Part shown: positions 26,900-41,641 of the stretch, in pieces
How positions within the stretch are numbered: the stretch's first letter is position 1
Layout of the letters: each line of letters opens with the position of its first letter
NCBI RefSeq assembly: GCF_009914755.1
Contig: NC_060935.1
Length of the DNA stretch: 64,000 bases
Direction: 5' to 3' (one strand)
Source of the DNA: the human T2T-CHM13v2.0 reference genome, Homo sapiens
The notes under the pieces: generated by a model
Told to the model about the DNA's origin: nothing
Databases searched by the model: none
The model's input: the letters and a program-made list of their open reading frames with translations, nothing else
Made by a program: the position numbers and the translations under genes

Positions 26900-27450
26900 G
26901 TGAGCGCCACCCGGGACCGAGCCGCTGCAGGGGAAGAGGGCCGCTGCGCCCGGGTGTCCTTTATCTCCGGACCCGCTGGAGCTTCCGAGGGGCTTGCCCC
27001 CAAGTCCCCCCACCCCACCCCGGTCATTTCCCATGCCCTTCTCTGCCCCCAAGCCCCGACCTCTCTCTTTCCTCCCTTCTCCGGAAGCCGGCAAAAGCCG
27101 GCCCTCCCCGGTAGGGACCGTTGCAGTGGCCGTTGGCGGCCGGCGCGGCGATGCCCCGCCTCCGGCGCGAGCCTCGGAGCCCCCGGGCTGGTAGGCCGAG
27201 CCGGCGGCTCCGCGGGGGAGGGGCGGGTCGGGGGGCGGTGCGAGGCCCAGCCGGGCGCCCCGCTGGCGGGTCGCGCGCGCGCGCCCGCGCACTCTTCCTG
27301 CCCTCGAGGCGCGCCGCGCCCCCTCCCCCACCCGCTCGCGTAGGCTACCGCTCGCTGCGCGTTTTGTCCCGCGTCTCGCCCCGTCCGTCTCCTGACTGGC
27401 CGCTCTTGTCCTTCCTCCCGCTTTTTCTTCTCTCTCCTTGCGGTCTGAAG

Positions 27451-27666
27451 ATGCCCTCGGCCACCAGCCACAGCGGGAGCGGCAGCAAGTCGTCCGGACC
27501 GCCACCGCCGTCGGGTTCCTCCGGGAGTGAGGCGGCCGCGGGAGCCGGGGCCGCCGCGCCGGCTTCTCAGCACCCCGCAACCGGCACCGGCGCTGTCCAG
27601 ACCGAGGCCATGAAGCAGATTCTCGGGGTGATCGACAAGAAACTTCGGAACCTGGAGAAGAAAAAG
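27451..27666 (+). CDS. CAPRIN1: CAPRIN1 exon 2, aa 1-72 (MPSATSHS...LRNLEKKK)
   Basis: Long pyrimidine tract then gaag|ATG; 216 nt; donor AAG|gtgcca; translation matches the Caprin-1 N-terminus. Confidence 0.98.
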
Positions 27667-28499
27667 GTGCCAGGAGTTGGCGGGGAAGGGAGGGGTGGCT
27701 GCGGCCGGGCTCTGCGGCCCCTCCGACCCTGGTCGCTGGAGCCTTCGCTTCTTTTCGTCTCGGGAGCGTTACTAGGTCCCCTCCTCCCACCCCCTGGCCC
27801 ACACGCCCCGTCTCCACGTTCAGCGGGAGCTTCGTGCCCAGAAAACGGGCTCTTGGAAGAGGCACTTGTCACCTGACTCGGACGCGGCACTGTACCCCAG
27901 GCCTCTTTATTACTCTTCCGCTGTGGGTCCGGCTTTTTGGCCTTTAGGAGTGGGACATGTGAGGGTGGGGGCCTGTCGTCAGGACTTCACTGTATGGTGC
28001 CCTTCTTTCCGTCTCTGAGGCCCGATTTCTCTGACGAGGGCCCAAAATGAAGAGGTCCCTGCGCGGGGGGCTCCGGGTTCAACCGACCGCCTCGTGGAGT
28101 TGGGGCGGCCTGCGTCCTGCAGCCTTGGGGTCTGTCCGCTCGGTTACCATGCACTCGAGACCTGTCGAGCGTCCCCTCTTCTTCCGTAGGAGAGAAGTGT
28201 GTTTAGAATCTTAAGGTAGAACTGCCTTTCCGGCAGGCCCATTTTGAATGGGTCTTCGATTTGCTACCCCCGCGCCCATGCGATGGGCTCCCCTGCGTTT
28301 CCCTCTTTGTTTCAATTGTTTAGGTGTCCCCCCGAGCCTCAGGCTCAGCTCAATCGCGAGATGATTTTCTGCAGCGACTTTTTGTTCCTAGGGGACTGTG
28401 AAGGGGCGGGGGACTGCCACGATTTAGATTCGTTGGGGGCTGGGTCCTGGGGAGACTGGAGAGGATGGCTGGGACTCGGGGCACATGGAGAGAGCGTCT

Positions 28500-28510
28500 A
28501 ACATGGCGGC
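28500..28510 (+). promoter_or_regulatory. YY1 consensus site AACATGGCGGC
   Basis: Matches the AANATGGCG(G/C)C YY1 motif, at the 3' edge of the CpG island. Confidence 0.6.
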
Positions 28511-29435
28511 GGCTGCGGGGAGAGGGAAGCGCTTTACTGGAGCTGCATTGTGAGCACAAAGCGAAAGCAGAGGGGGAGGGCAGAGACCAGGCAGCCGCCC
28601 CGACTGGCCTCCTTAGGCCCCCCTCTAAAAAAAAAAAAAATCGAGCCACACCCACGATTTTTTGGATTCAATATTTAGTCCTTGTAGATCAAACTACTGA
28701 GGTATATCTTCATCTGCAAGTCAGCCTTTTGTTTTATGCTTTCATCGCAGGACAGTGTAAACTCTTGTTTAGAGGGGCGTGTGTATGTATGTAGAGAAAA
28801 GGTCTGGGCAGAGTGAATAATTAAAATGAGTAAGATCAGAGGTGGAAGGGGAGAAACAAATTAGTCGTTTGTAAAAACGAGGTAATTACGTCTGTGACTA
28901 TCATGTTAACTTGAATTTTACCTTATAAAGTAAAATGAAGCCTTGATAACTTCTACTTGTCTGCCTCTAGGAAAACATATTTATAACATCTTGAATTTCC
29001 AGGAAATCATTTTGCAGTGTTTATGTGGCCAGACACCTAATAGTGTTACTTGAGGTGCTGATATAGTAACTGGCTAAAACTTGGGCTGTGGGAAATAAGT
29101 TGAAGAAAACTGGTGATGTTTAGGTCTTATTAATTTTACTTATATATTTTACATTTTGGGAGAGTTTTAAAACATTTAGATTTGATACTTCCCTGTTTCA
29201 TCTTCGGTATTGAAGGTTGGAAGTTTTACTTGAATTTCATGGACTTGGGATTTCTTTTTTTTCCCAATCCTTTATTTTGATAAATGTATGTTTTATTATA
29301 GGTAATTGGAATAGTAAATGTAGTTACATCAAGAAAGTAACAAAAGTATTTTAAGTGTAAGGTAGCTACATTCAAATGTTGAATGGAATAAGCATGCCCA
29401 AGGCCAGTATCTTCTGAGTCTGACACATGATTTAG

Positions 29436-29734
<299 letters not shown>

Positions 29735-32700
29735 TGAGCCCCTGTGCCCGGCCTCTTTTTAAAATTTTAATGCAGTAAGCAAGCCTGCTGATCTGGCTGC
29801 TACTTGAGTTTTTGATTCTTTAGAATTTCTTGGAAATGTTTTTTTCTAGGACAGTAATTGAACATAAAATATTAATGATTGTGAACATTAATAATGTGTT
29901 AATACTAATTATGAACATTAATGATTAGTGATATAAAGTGTAGAGACATTAATGACTGAAAGATAACTCCTCAGAGAAGTTAATATAAAGGTAGGTGCTG
30001 ATTGGCAGCCAATTTAGTTGTGAGGTGGCTGTTAGAATCTAGTGTTCAAGTACTTCTGAAAAAAAAATATAAATCTAGTTTATAAGCCCCTCCTGAGGAC
30101 TTGAACCATGACTGGTCATTAAATGTGTATAGGTGTATGTGAATTACTATACTCTGTCATAGCCTACCCTCAAGTGATTTTGTTATTTTATTTTTATTTT
30201 TTGAGATGAATCTCTGTTGCCCAGGCTGGAGTGCCCAGGCTGGAGTGCGGTAGGATGATCTTGGCTTCCTGCAACCTCCACCTCCCGGGTTCAAGTGATC
30301 CTCCCGCTTCAGCCTCCTAAGTAGCTGTGATTACAAGTGTGCGCCACCACCCCAGGCAATTTTTTTTTCTTTGAGAAGTCTCGCTCTTGTCCGCCAGGCT
30401 GGAGTGCGACGATGTGATCTCGGTTCACTGCAACCTCCGCCTCCTGGGTTCAAGCGATTCTCCTGCCTCGGCCCCCCGCCCAGAGTAGCTGGGGTTACAG
30501 GCACCTGCCACCACGCCCAACTAATTTTTGTATTTTTAGTAGAGACAGGTTTTACCTTGTTGGTCAGGTTGGTCTAGAACTCCTGACCTCAGGTGATCCA
30601 GCCGCCTCGGCCTCCCAGAGTGCTGGGATTACAGGTGTGAGCCACCATGCCGGGCCTCCCCTAAAGTCATAAAGGAGAAAATAATGTAATTATTACATAG
30701 GTTATTAACTAGGCTAATACATACTGAAAGATTGCCGTGTTAATAATGGAGATTCAACAAACTGCACAAAGTAACTTTTTTTTCTGTCTTCTCAGTGTTT
30801 TAAGTGGTAGATAGCAGCAAAAAGGTCAAGTTACAGTTAAGTCTTGAGACTTTGATAAGCCACAGACTGAACTCTACCTACATGTTAAGTAGTTAAGTTG
30901 GCAGTATTGATGTTGACTTAATTGCTATTAAAACTATATCTTTTGCCCTTTGAAAAACCCAGGGCATTTGGATTTGCCCTAAATTTAAGCACATCTGGTT
31001 TTTAGTTTAAATCCTTTTTATATTTAGATGATTTACTTGTGAGAAGACTTAACTGTTTTTAAGTATAAGTGAGCATTTCTAATGCACTAAAATAGGATTG
31101 CTTTACAAATCAGTTTTGAATTCCTCTTTAGAAACCCTTGTGGAGTAAAGTGAGGTACTATTTACAATTAGATTTGTTTTGACTTCAGTCCATTTAGCAA
31201 CTTACATTTGAGCTTTATTTCAATCTTGACCTATTCTTATCGGAGCCTTCTGGACCAAAATGCTTTTTTTATGGATTTTAAAATCAAATATCCTGGCAAA
31301 AATGACTATGGATATGTAGTATTGCTTAAATTAAAACAGAGAATTGAAATAATTTTATTGTACTTTAAAAAACAAAGTTGTTTATTTCCTAATAATTTGA
31401 GCCATTAAAGAAAAAGCTAAGCATCTGCTCATTGAGAATGCATGCTCTTAATGTTGATGAAATATGATCGTGTTATGTAATGCAACTAAAAGGCTTGGTG
31501 GGTTTTTAAATTCAGGCTTATAAAGAGTACATGAATGTTTAGCAAAGAGAAGAAATACAGCTGTGATAATCAAGTGTAAAATCCATTTGCAAATCTTACA
31601 GGTAATATTGAATTGAATGATTAACTGCCTAGTTTTCTTTATCAGTTCATTGGTGCTGAACTGGGCCCTAGGCTATGCAAGATATTTCAAAACCAAGTCT
31701 TAATTTTAACTGAAGAGAGACCTCATTTGATATTATTAGATGTAATCAGTTGTGATATAGAATAAAGGATGTTTTAATAGATGACATTTAAAATTGTTAT
31801 ATTCTTTGTGAATATAATAGGTTTAGACTCTAGTGACTTTGGTAGGTGAAAGATTAACTAATGATCACTTGCGTAAAATGCAAAAATAGCCTGACAGCTT
31901 TTTAACCACTAAGTGACCAAAACTGATAGCCAGAAGTGTAGTGTTTTTAATACTTTTTCCTGAAGGCTTTCTGCACTTCATCTTTGCAGTTAGTAGTATT
32001 CTTTAAAAAGAATGCTGTTGTTGTGAGGGTAACATTTCTTTCTAGAACGTTGCAGTGTGTCTGTGCTTAGAATTTTCATTGCAGCTGTTGTGCAGAACTT
32101 ATGTGTTCAGTGTTTTAAAATAAAAACATTCTTAACTATTTTATAAGTAAAATCTTTCCTTGAGGCTATTACCTGAAGCCTTCTTTGACATTTAAGATCT
32201 CTTGATGTGTTTGCTTTTCCATGGGTTGCAAGAACTATTCTTCTGCAATGCAGAGGGCAAGATTATTTTGCATTCACCTTGTCATAGAAAAAAGCTGTAA
32301 TGCTTAATTTGTTTCCCTTTGCTTGACTGTGTGTGTTTGTATGTGTAGCACTGGGAAGTATTTAAAGCTGTGAATTCCCCCAAGTGATAATGGGTACCTT
32401 TTTCTAGGGTGAGAGTCGAAGCCTAAGTATTACATTGAGAATGTATTGTTTTAACGTGGCCAAATTAGTGTACTCTAGGATACTACCCATGTGGCAGATA
32501 TTTGAGAATGCATTTTGTGTGACTTACAGATTAAGCATACAATTTGCCAAAATTTTATGTAATTAATTTCCTAGTTTACATTTAGGGCTAGATGAAGACT
32601 AGTACTGTTTCATCTTTTAGAAAAACTAACACTTTTCCTTTAGTAAAAGTGTTAATTTTTGCAATACTTTTGCAAAAGGTTAAACTTATAGCAATTTTGT

Positions 32701-32805
32701 CATAGCTATAATCTTACACTGTTATAAAATTTAGAGGATTTTTAATTTTTATTTATTATCATTATTTGAGACAGTTTTGCTCTCGTTGCCCAGGCTGGAG
32801 TGTAA

Positions 32806-32928
<123 letters not shown>

Positions 32929-33185
32929 TAGTAGAGATGGGATTTCACCATGTTGGCCAGGCTGGTCTCAAAACGCCTGACCTGAAGTGATCCACCCACT
33001 TCAGCCTCCAAAGTGTTGGGATTATAGGCATGAGCCACCATGTCCGGCCTAAGAGTTTTTTTTTAGAGCTTAAACCACCTTAGAATTTAGTCCAGTTCAT
33101 TTTATAGAAGACAAAATTGAGATGTTTATATGGAATGACTTAGGTTGGAATGGGTGATTTCCAAAATTCTCGCAGTTTTTTTTGA

Positions 33186-33473
<288 letters not shown>

Positions 33474-34869
33474 TAATGTTTTATGGGAGTAATTAGAATT
33501 TGTAATGTTCCACGGCCTAAGTGTAGTTTTCATGTTTAATTATGTAGAATCAAGTAAAGCCTTTTGCTTCAAATCCTTAGAGTTTTTCTGTTTTAAAAAA
33601 CTGAATGCAAAAGAAAAATGCTTTCCATTTCCTTATTATTAGACTTTTATTAATGTCTCATTGTTGAACTTTGTGTTTGCATTGTCCGGGTAATGGGGTT
33701 CTGAGAATATCGGTAAGGTAAAATCCCAGTGTGTCAGGTATCATTGGGACATCCATATTGTAATGAAATAAACTTTTATAAAGTTAAAACTCTTAAGTTT
33801 TTCTTTATGTTTAGCTTCCTATGTACATTTGTCAGACTCTACTCCAGCTTGGTATGTTGTAGACCGGAAAAATCTGGAAAAAGCATTACCAGTAGAGAGA
33901 AATAAGAAGTGTGACAACCTTTTCATCCAAATTACTGTATTCCAAGCTTCTGGGTATTTTTTGGTAGTTGGTTCCTTTTTCTGGGGGAAATGAATGGTGT
34001 GTGTGTATACAGTATAGAAGAGTGAGAGGAGTAGCAGAAGAGAAATTCATCCAAAGTTGGAACTGTAAATTGCTTTGTTTTAGCTCATTTATTTCTTTCT
34101 TTCACTAGCTCTACTACAGTGCTTTTGTTAGATAGACTATGAGTACAAAAACGTGGGTGAAAGATAATTTACTGAGTAGAGTTCAAAATTCAAACTTCCT
34201 GAGGAAAGGGGAGGGTGTGCTTCTTGACCATGCTCAGCTAAAGTAGTTTGTTTCCTTTAACTTCCCCTGTTACCTATTGTCTGTACACTTCTTGACATTG
34301 TTTTTTTTTTTTTTTTGAGACGGAGTCTTGCTGTGTCGCCCAGGCTGGAGTGCAATGGTGTGGTCTTGGCTCACTGCAACCTCCGCCTCCTGGGTTCAAG
34401 TGATTCTCTTGCCTCAGCCTCCTGAGTAGCTGGGACTACAGGTGCATGCCACCACACCTGGCTAATTTTTTGTATTTTTAGTAGAGACGGGGTTTCGCCA
34501 TGTTGGCCATGCTGGTCTTGAACTCCTGACCTTGTGATCTGCCTGCCTCGGCGTCCAAAACTTCTTGACATTTTTATATTGCCTTGTGTTGTTAACCTTA
34601 CATGTTTTTCTAAATTGGTAATAAGCTCTTTGTGGGCAGAGACTATTAACATTACTTTGCTGCGCTTTCTCACACATGGTATATGCTGAATAAGTACTTG
34701 GTAGTTTGGCCAAATCATTACATAGAAATATCTGTAGCTTCATTAACAACCCTGTTAAAATGGATTAATCCATGGGGTTAGGGAGGAAATGCTTTTTGCA
34801 CAGAACTATTTACTTGCAGTGTTTTTTTATTGAAATTGATTTTTTTCCTGAAGGGTTTTTTACTTTTTA

Positions 34870-35259
<390 letters not shown>

Positions 35260-36045
35260 TTAGCAAGATATGTGAATGGTCTTAAGAGAACACAGATAAT
35301 TCTTATTATTAGAACCATTGTACATTATTGGAAATTTCATTGCATTCTCCTCAATACTGTTCTAAAAATATTTTAATTTTAATTTTTTAGAGACAGGGTC
35401 TCACTATCACCCAGGCTGGAGTTCAGCAGGGCAATCATAGCTCATTCCAACCTTGAACTCTTAGCCTTAAGCGATCCTCTTGTCTCAGCCTCCCAAAGTG
35501 TTGGGATTACAGGGTTGACCCACTGTGCCTGGCCCCCCTCAATACTGTTATCTAAACATAGAAATAACTGAAATATATTTTAGTCATTAAAAAACCCTTT
35601 GGGCTTACACTTTGAGTTACATTGAACTTCTTTTTACATTGTGGACAGGAAAGATAGTAAGCAAAAGTTTCCTCAATTTTTAAAAGGACGACGGTAGAAA
35701 GAACACATTGCAATCTATAGATGATCCATGGCAGCTATCTTCAAATGCTGAAAGCTTGCTCATGTAGCAGGAGTCTGTGCTGTTTTAGAAAAGAAAAAGT
35801 ATTAAAACAGTGATGGTGGGGATGTAATTTTTTTACATTTAACTCCCAAGGAATGTATTAATATAAATAAGTTGTACAGAATTATGCTAAGGAATAGCTT
35901 GGTTAAAGCAACTAATATTTTGAAAGATGCCCTTTAAGATTATTTATGGTAATTTGCTTTTCAAATCTAGAAGCTTTAGACTTTTTAAGAATATAGTTCA
36001 AAGTAGGTGATGCTGGAACTTGTTAACATTTCTTTTTCCTACTAG

Positions 36046-36363
<318 letters not shown>

Positions 36364-37468
36364 TAGCTGGTATTATAGGCAACCACCACCGCACCCGGCT
36401 AATTTTCTGTATTTTTAGTAGAGACCAGGTTTCATCATGTTGCCCAGGCTGGTCTCAAACTCCTGACCTCAGGAGATTCGTCCACTTTGGCCTCCCAAAG
36501 TGTTGAGATTACAGGCATGAGCCACTGCACCTGGCCTAGGTTAGCATTCTTATGCCATTCTTAGCGTTCAGAAATCCAGCATTCCTGACAGGTGTTCATT
36601 CAGCCTCTGCTTTAACCAGTCTTCCAGGGCCTGGTAGAGTGCTCGTTTCTCAATGAAAATTTGTTTCATTGGTGTGCCACTCTTTAAGTTCTTGGTGGTA
36701 GAAGTATATCCTTACCGGCCGGGCACAATGGCTCATGCCTGTAATCCTAACACTTTTGGGAGGCTGAGGCGGGCAGATCACCTGATGTCAGGAGTTGGAG
36801 ATCAGCCTGGCCAACATGGTGAAACCCCGTCTCTACTAAAAATACAAAAATTAGCCGTGCGTAGTGGCTTATGCCTGTAATCCCAGTTACCTGGGAGTCT
36901 GAGGCAGGAGAATCGCTGGAACCTGGGAGGCAGAGGCTGCATGAGCCAAGATCGCACCACTACACTCCAGCATGGGTGACACAGCGAGAGTCTGTCTCAA
37001 AAAAAAAAAAAAAAAAAAGTATATCCTTACCACCACTGTTTAATAGTCTTTGTTTTCTGGAACAGCATAGACTCCCGCTACATGAGCATGCTTTCAACAT
37101 TTGAAGAAAGCTGCCATGGATCAGCTATGGATTGTAGTGTATGTTCTTTCTACCCTGCTTTTAAAAATTGAGGAAACTTTTGCTTACTATCTTTTTTGTC
37201 TTCTGGGGATTTCACTAGCTAACAATACTCAGTTGAATTTGTGGAGGGCAAATAGGAGACAGTCAGCTGCCTACCATTGTGGGCAAAGTCAAAACTCGTA
37301 ATTGTCTAAGTGAAGAACAGAGAATGTGGGGATTGGGGACTTGAAATAATACCTGGAAAAACTGGTAAAGATTGGACCGGGCGCGGTGGCTCACGCCTGT
37401 AATCCCAGCACTTTGGGAGGCCGAGGCGGGCGGATCACGAGGTCAGGAGATCAAGACCATCTTGGCTA

Positions 37469-37688
<220 letters not shown>

Positions 37689-39968
37689 TTATGGAAAGTT
37701 GAGAGGAAAAGAAATATTTTGTTTTTGCAAAAGTTGGTACAGTACTCTAGAAGTGATTTATTTGGCCTGGATACATAAAGTATAGCTAGGTGCTCTTAAC
37801 TACTTTGGTTATTTTAGGCTTCATTTTTAAGTATTCCCTCTCAGTTTAGACATCTCCTTATTTGAGAATAGGAGTTACGAAGTTTTCCTGGAAAGCCAAG
37901 TTAGTTTTTTTCAGATGTTTCCTCCTAATCTTCCTTCTGACTATTTAAAATTGTCTAGTTGAAGAATTTTTAGGGTTTTTTGGAGTTTATCATCTCTCTT
38001 TGCTATTTATTTTTAATTGCATAATTAAAAATTTCTTCTTAAATTTTTTATTTGTGGAATTTGTTGGCTATAACAATAAAGAAGCAAAGCCCAGGAGGAC
38101 ATCTATCATGGATATCCCTCTTCTGGCACCCTAATGGCACCTACTGAACTTAATTTAAAAAATCCATTTCAAGAAAGTAACTTTGGTGGTGATGAAAAAC
38201 TTCTTGGGAAGAATGGAAGATCTAGATGTATTGCAATTCAGCACAACATAATAATCTGATTGGAGAAAGGAAGAAAACAGCAGCAGCAGAGGCAGAGCTG
38301 GAATGTAGCAACAGCTGGAATCCAGAATGACATTCTAAGGGGGAGGGTTGTTAAGGCACAAATGATTTTTCTGGGATTTAAGACCTTACTTAGGTAAGTT
38401 ATTTAACTGTGTCTTTCAATTTACAGTTAGGTGAAATATGATTGATAGTAATGCCTCCCTGATAGGTTTAGCTACCTTTTAAATTTGAATGTCTGTTACA
38501 TAGTGAATACTGTCAACTATTAAAAGCAGTAAAGAAACAGGATATAGAGCGAGACTGGATAGCACTTGTTGGGATAATTATTTCCCAGTACCACATGACT
38601 CTGACATCTGCTGGGTGTGGTCACACCTCTCCCATGATTCCCCCTTAAAGACTCTGGGTAATCTGGGAAATGGCCTGATTTTTATCTTGCTCATATGTGT
38701 GCTGTAAATGGATTTTTAATACACTTAGGATACTCAGCTGAAAAGGAACTCTAAATTGAATTTCAAGTTAGAAAGGATCTAAGAGGGCAGGTGTGTGTTA
38801 TCAACATTGTAACGTAGTAGGCTTTCTGATGAAGATAGTTTTTTTTTGAGATGGAGTTTCGCCCTTGTTGCCCAGGCTGGAGTGCAATGGTGTGATCTCA
38901 GCTCACCGCTGCCTCACCCTCCCTAGTAGCTGTGTTTACAGGCATGTGCCACCATGCCTGGCTAATTTTGTATTTTTAGTAGAGACGGGGTTTCTCCATG
39001 TTGGTCAGGCTGGTCTTGAACTCCTGACCTCAGGTGATCCACCTGTCTCGGCCTCCCAGAGTGCTGGGATTACAGGTGTGAGCCACCGCGCCTGGCCTGA
39101 AGATACATTTTTATGCTAGGAAAATGGTTTCATTCTCTAGGAAAAATACTTAATATCTTATTTTATTTGTTTCATGAGTAGCTGACCAATTTATTGTTAC
39201 CTCTTCTGCTGCTGTTAGCCATGTTCCAGCCCAGGAAAGAATAAAGCTGTGTCTGTCTGGAGCCCTTTATTACTCCTATCTTACCATTCTGTTCTTAGTA
39301 TAATGTTGGATCTGTCAATGTGACAAGCTATTCCTTGTATATTCGCTTAGTTCATGCTGTAAATTTTAACACCAGTGGACAAATTTTCTAGTTGGACTTT
39401 AATGTAAACCATTTGAATAGGAAGTGACAATAGGAATGAAGCCACTTAAGATGGCATCATTTTTCTCTTGAGTAGTCTGTGCTTTCAAAGATTAGGCAAA
39501 TTGTATTTGGAGAAGTGCAGATACCATATCCTTTTCCTTATCATGGAAGGCCACTTAAGGAGTAAGCTGAGATTGCAAGCTATAGTAATCTTTATAGCTA
39601 TAGTAATAGCTACTTTCATTTTGAAAAGTAAAAAATTAGACCAATTGTCGTAAGAGGCTTTCTGTTTATAGTGTACATTTTGGTATTTACCACTTAGTTT
39701 AACTTCTGAGGTGTCAGCTAAGAATGCAAGATTTAACAAAAGTACTACTTACAAATGGCAGTGGTAAGCCTTTGTTTTTTCTCTCTCACCTCTCCTTCTC
39801 AAAGGTGGTAACCCCTAAGTGTTCAGATCATAAACGAGTGTTCTCTTTATGAAATAGTTACTAGGTTAGATTCGTAAACTGGTCTAGAAATCCAGCCACA
39901 GTTCAAGTTTTCTGGGTTGTTTAAAGTTTCAACTTTAAAGTTTATTAAACAACTTACTTCCAAATTAA

Positions 39969-40112
<144 letters not shown>

Positions 40113-40402
40113 TGAGTAGCTGGGACTACAGGTCCCCGCCACCACGCCCGACTAATTTTTTTTTGTATTTTTAGTAGAGACAGGGTTTCACCTTGTTAGC
40201 CAGGATGGTCTCGATCTCCCGACCTCGTGATCTGCCCGCCTCAGCCTCCCAAAGTGCTGGGATTACAGGCGTGAGCCACTGCACCCGGCCCCGTATAATG
40301 GTTTTTAAGGTCACTAATCATACCATATGTTTGATTCAGAATAATTTATTTCCAGGTTCTACTGGGCTATTACAAGTTAATTACAATGTATTTGAACGAG
40401 AT

Positions 40403-40600
40403 GAGTGTTTCTCAAACTTAAGCATGCATCAGAATCACCCAGAAGACTCAATACCAACTACAAATTGCTGGGTTCCCCCAGCCACCACTGAGTTTCTGAT
40501 TCAGTAGGTCTGGGGTAGTGCCTGAGAATTTGTGTTTCTAACAAGGTGCCAGTTGATGCTGATGTTGCTGGTTTGGGGCCTACAGTTTTAAAAATCACTG
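40403..40600 (-). mobile_element. MER5A
   Basis: tttctcaaactt..gcatcagaatcacc..tttctgattcagtaggtctgggg..gatgctgatgttgctggt. Confidence 0.8.
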
Positions 40601-41288
40601 ACGTAAACCAACATAGGGTCTCTGCTCTGCAGAGATCTGATTATATATAATAGTGAAACAAAGTCCTTCCCAGCTCAGATTCCATGGTGATAAAGTTCTT
40701 TGTATACCTCAATAGCTGAGAGATCAGGAAATCCTATATTTTACTGATAAGGGAAAAACTAGTGCCTTTTAATTAAGTTTTTATTGTCATCCTGCAGTTT
40801 TCTTAATAAGTTTTGGTATTTCCTCTTATGAGTGCTGTTTCTTAGAAACTTTGATCAGACTTAGGATCCTGCTTTCCTGAAGCTTAGGCAAGGACAGGGG
40901 ATAGGATATTTATAATAGTAGTGTAGAAAATGTTAACAGCCATGGAAGAACATGTGTAATGCTATGATGAAACTTTCTTTTTTTATTGTGGTTAGAAAAA
41001 TGTTATATGGATGACCTGTAGTTTCTTTTGATCTCACTCTTGGTCAGGCTGGAGTGTGATAGCGTGATCACACGTTGAGGCTACTCACTGCAGCCTCAAC
41101 CTCCCCAGACTCAGTGATCCTCCTACCTGCACCTCCTGGGACTGCAGGTGCGCGCCACCAGGCCCGGCTACTTTTTGTATTTTTTGCAGAGACAGGGTTT
41201 TGCCATGTTGCCTGGGCTGGTCTTGAACTCCTACTCTTGAGCTCAGATGGTTTCCTCACCTTGGCCTGTCAAAGTGCTAAAGTGCTAG

Positions 41289-41641
<353 letters not shown>

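Larger units (their letters stand above)
26480..28660. promoter_or_regulatory. CpG island / TATA-less CAPRIN1 promoter spanning exons 1-2
   Basis: Abrupt rise in GC and CpG density, multiple GC boxes, no TATA box seen. Confidence 0.93.

Noticed and set aside
26502-27890. Long ORFs on both strands in the CpG island, including 378 aa (26729..27865 -) and 270 aa
   Set aside because: Stop-codon scarcity in GC-rich DNA and low-complexity R/G/P/A composition with no recognisable domain; only 27451-27666 is supported
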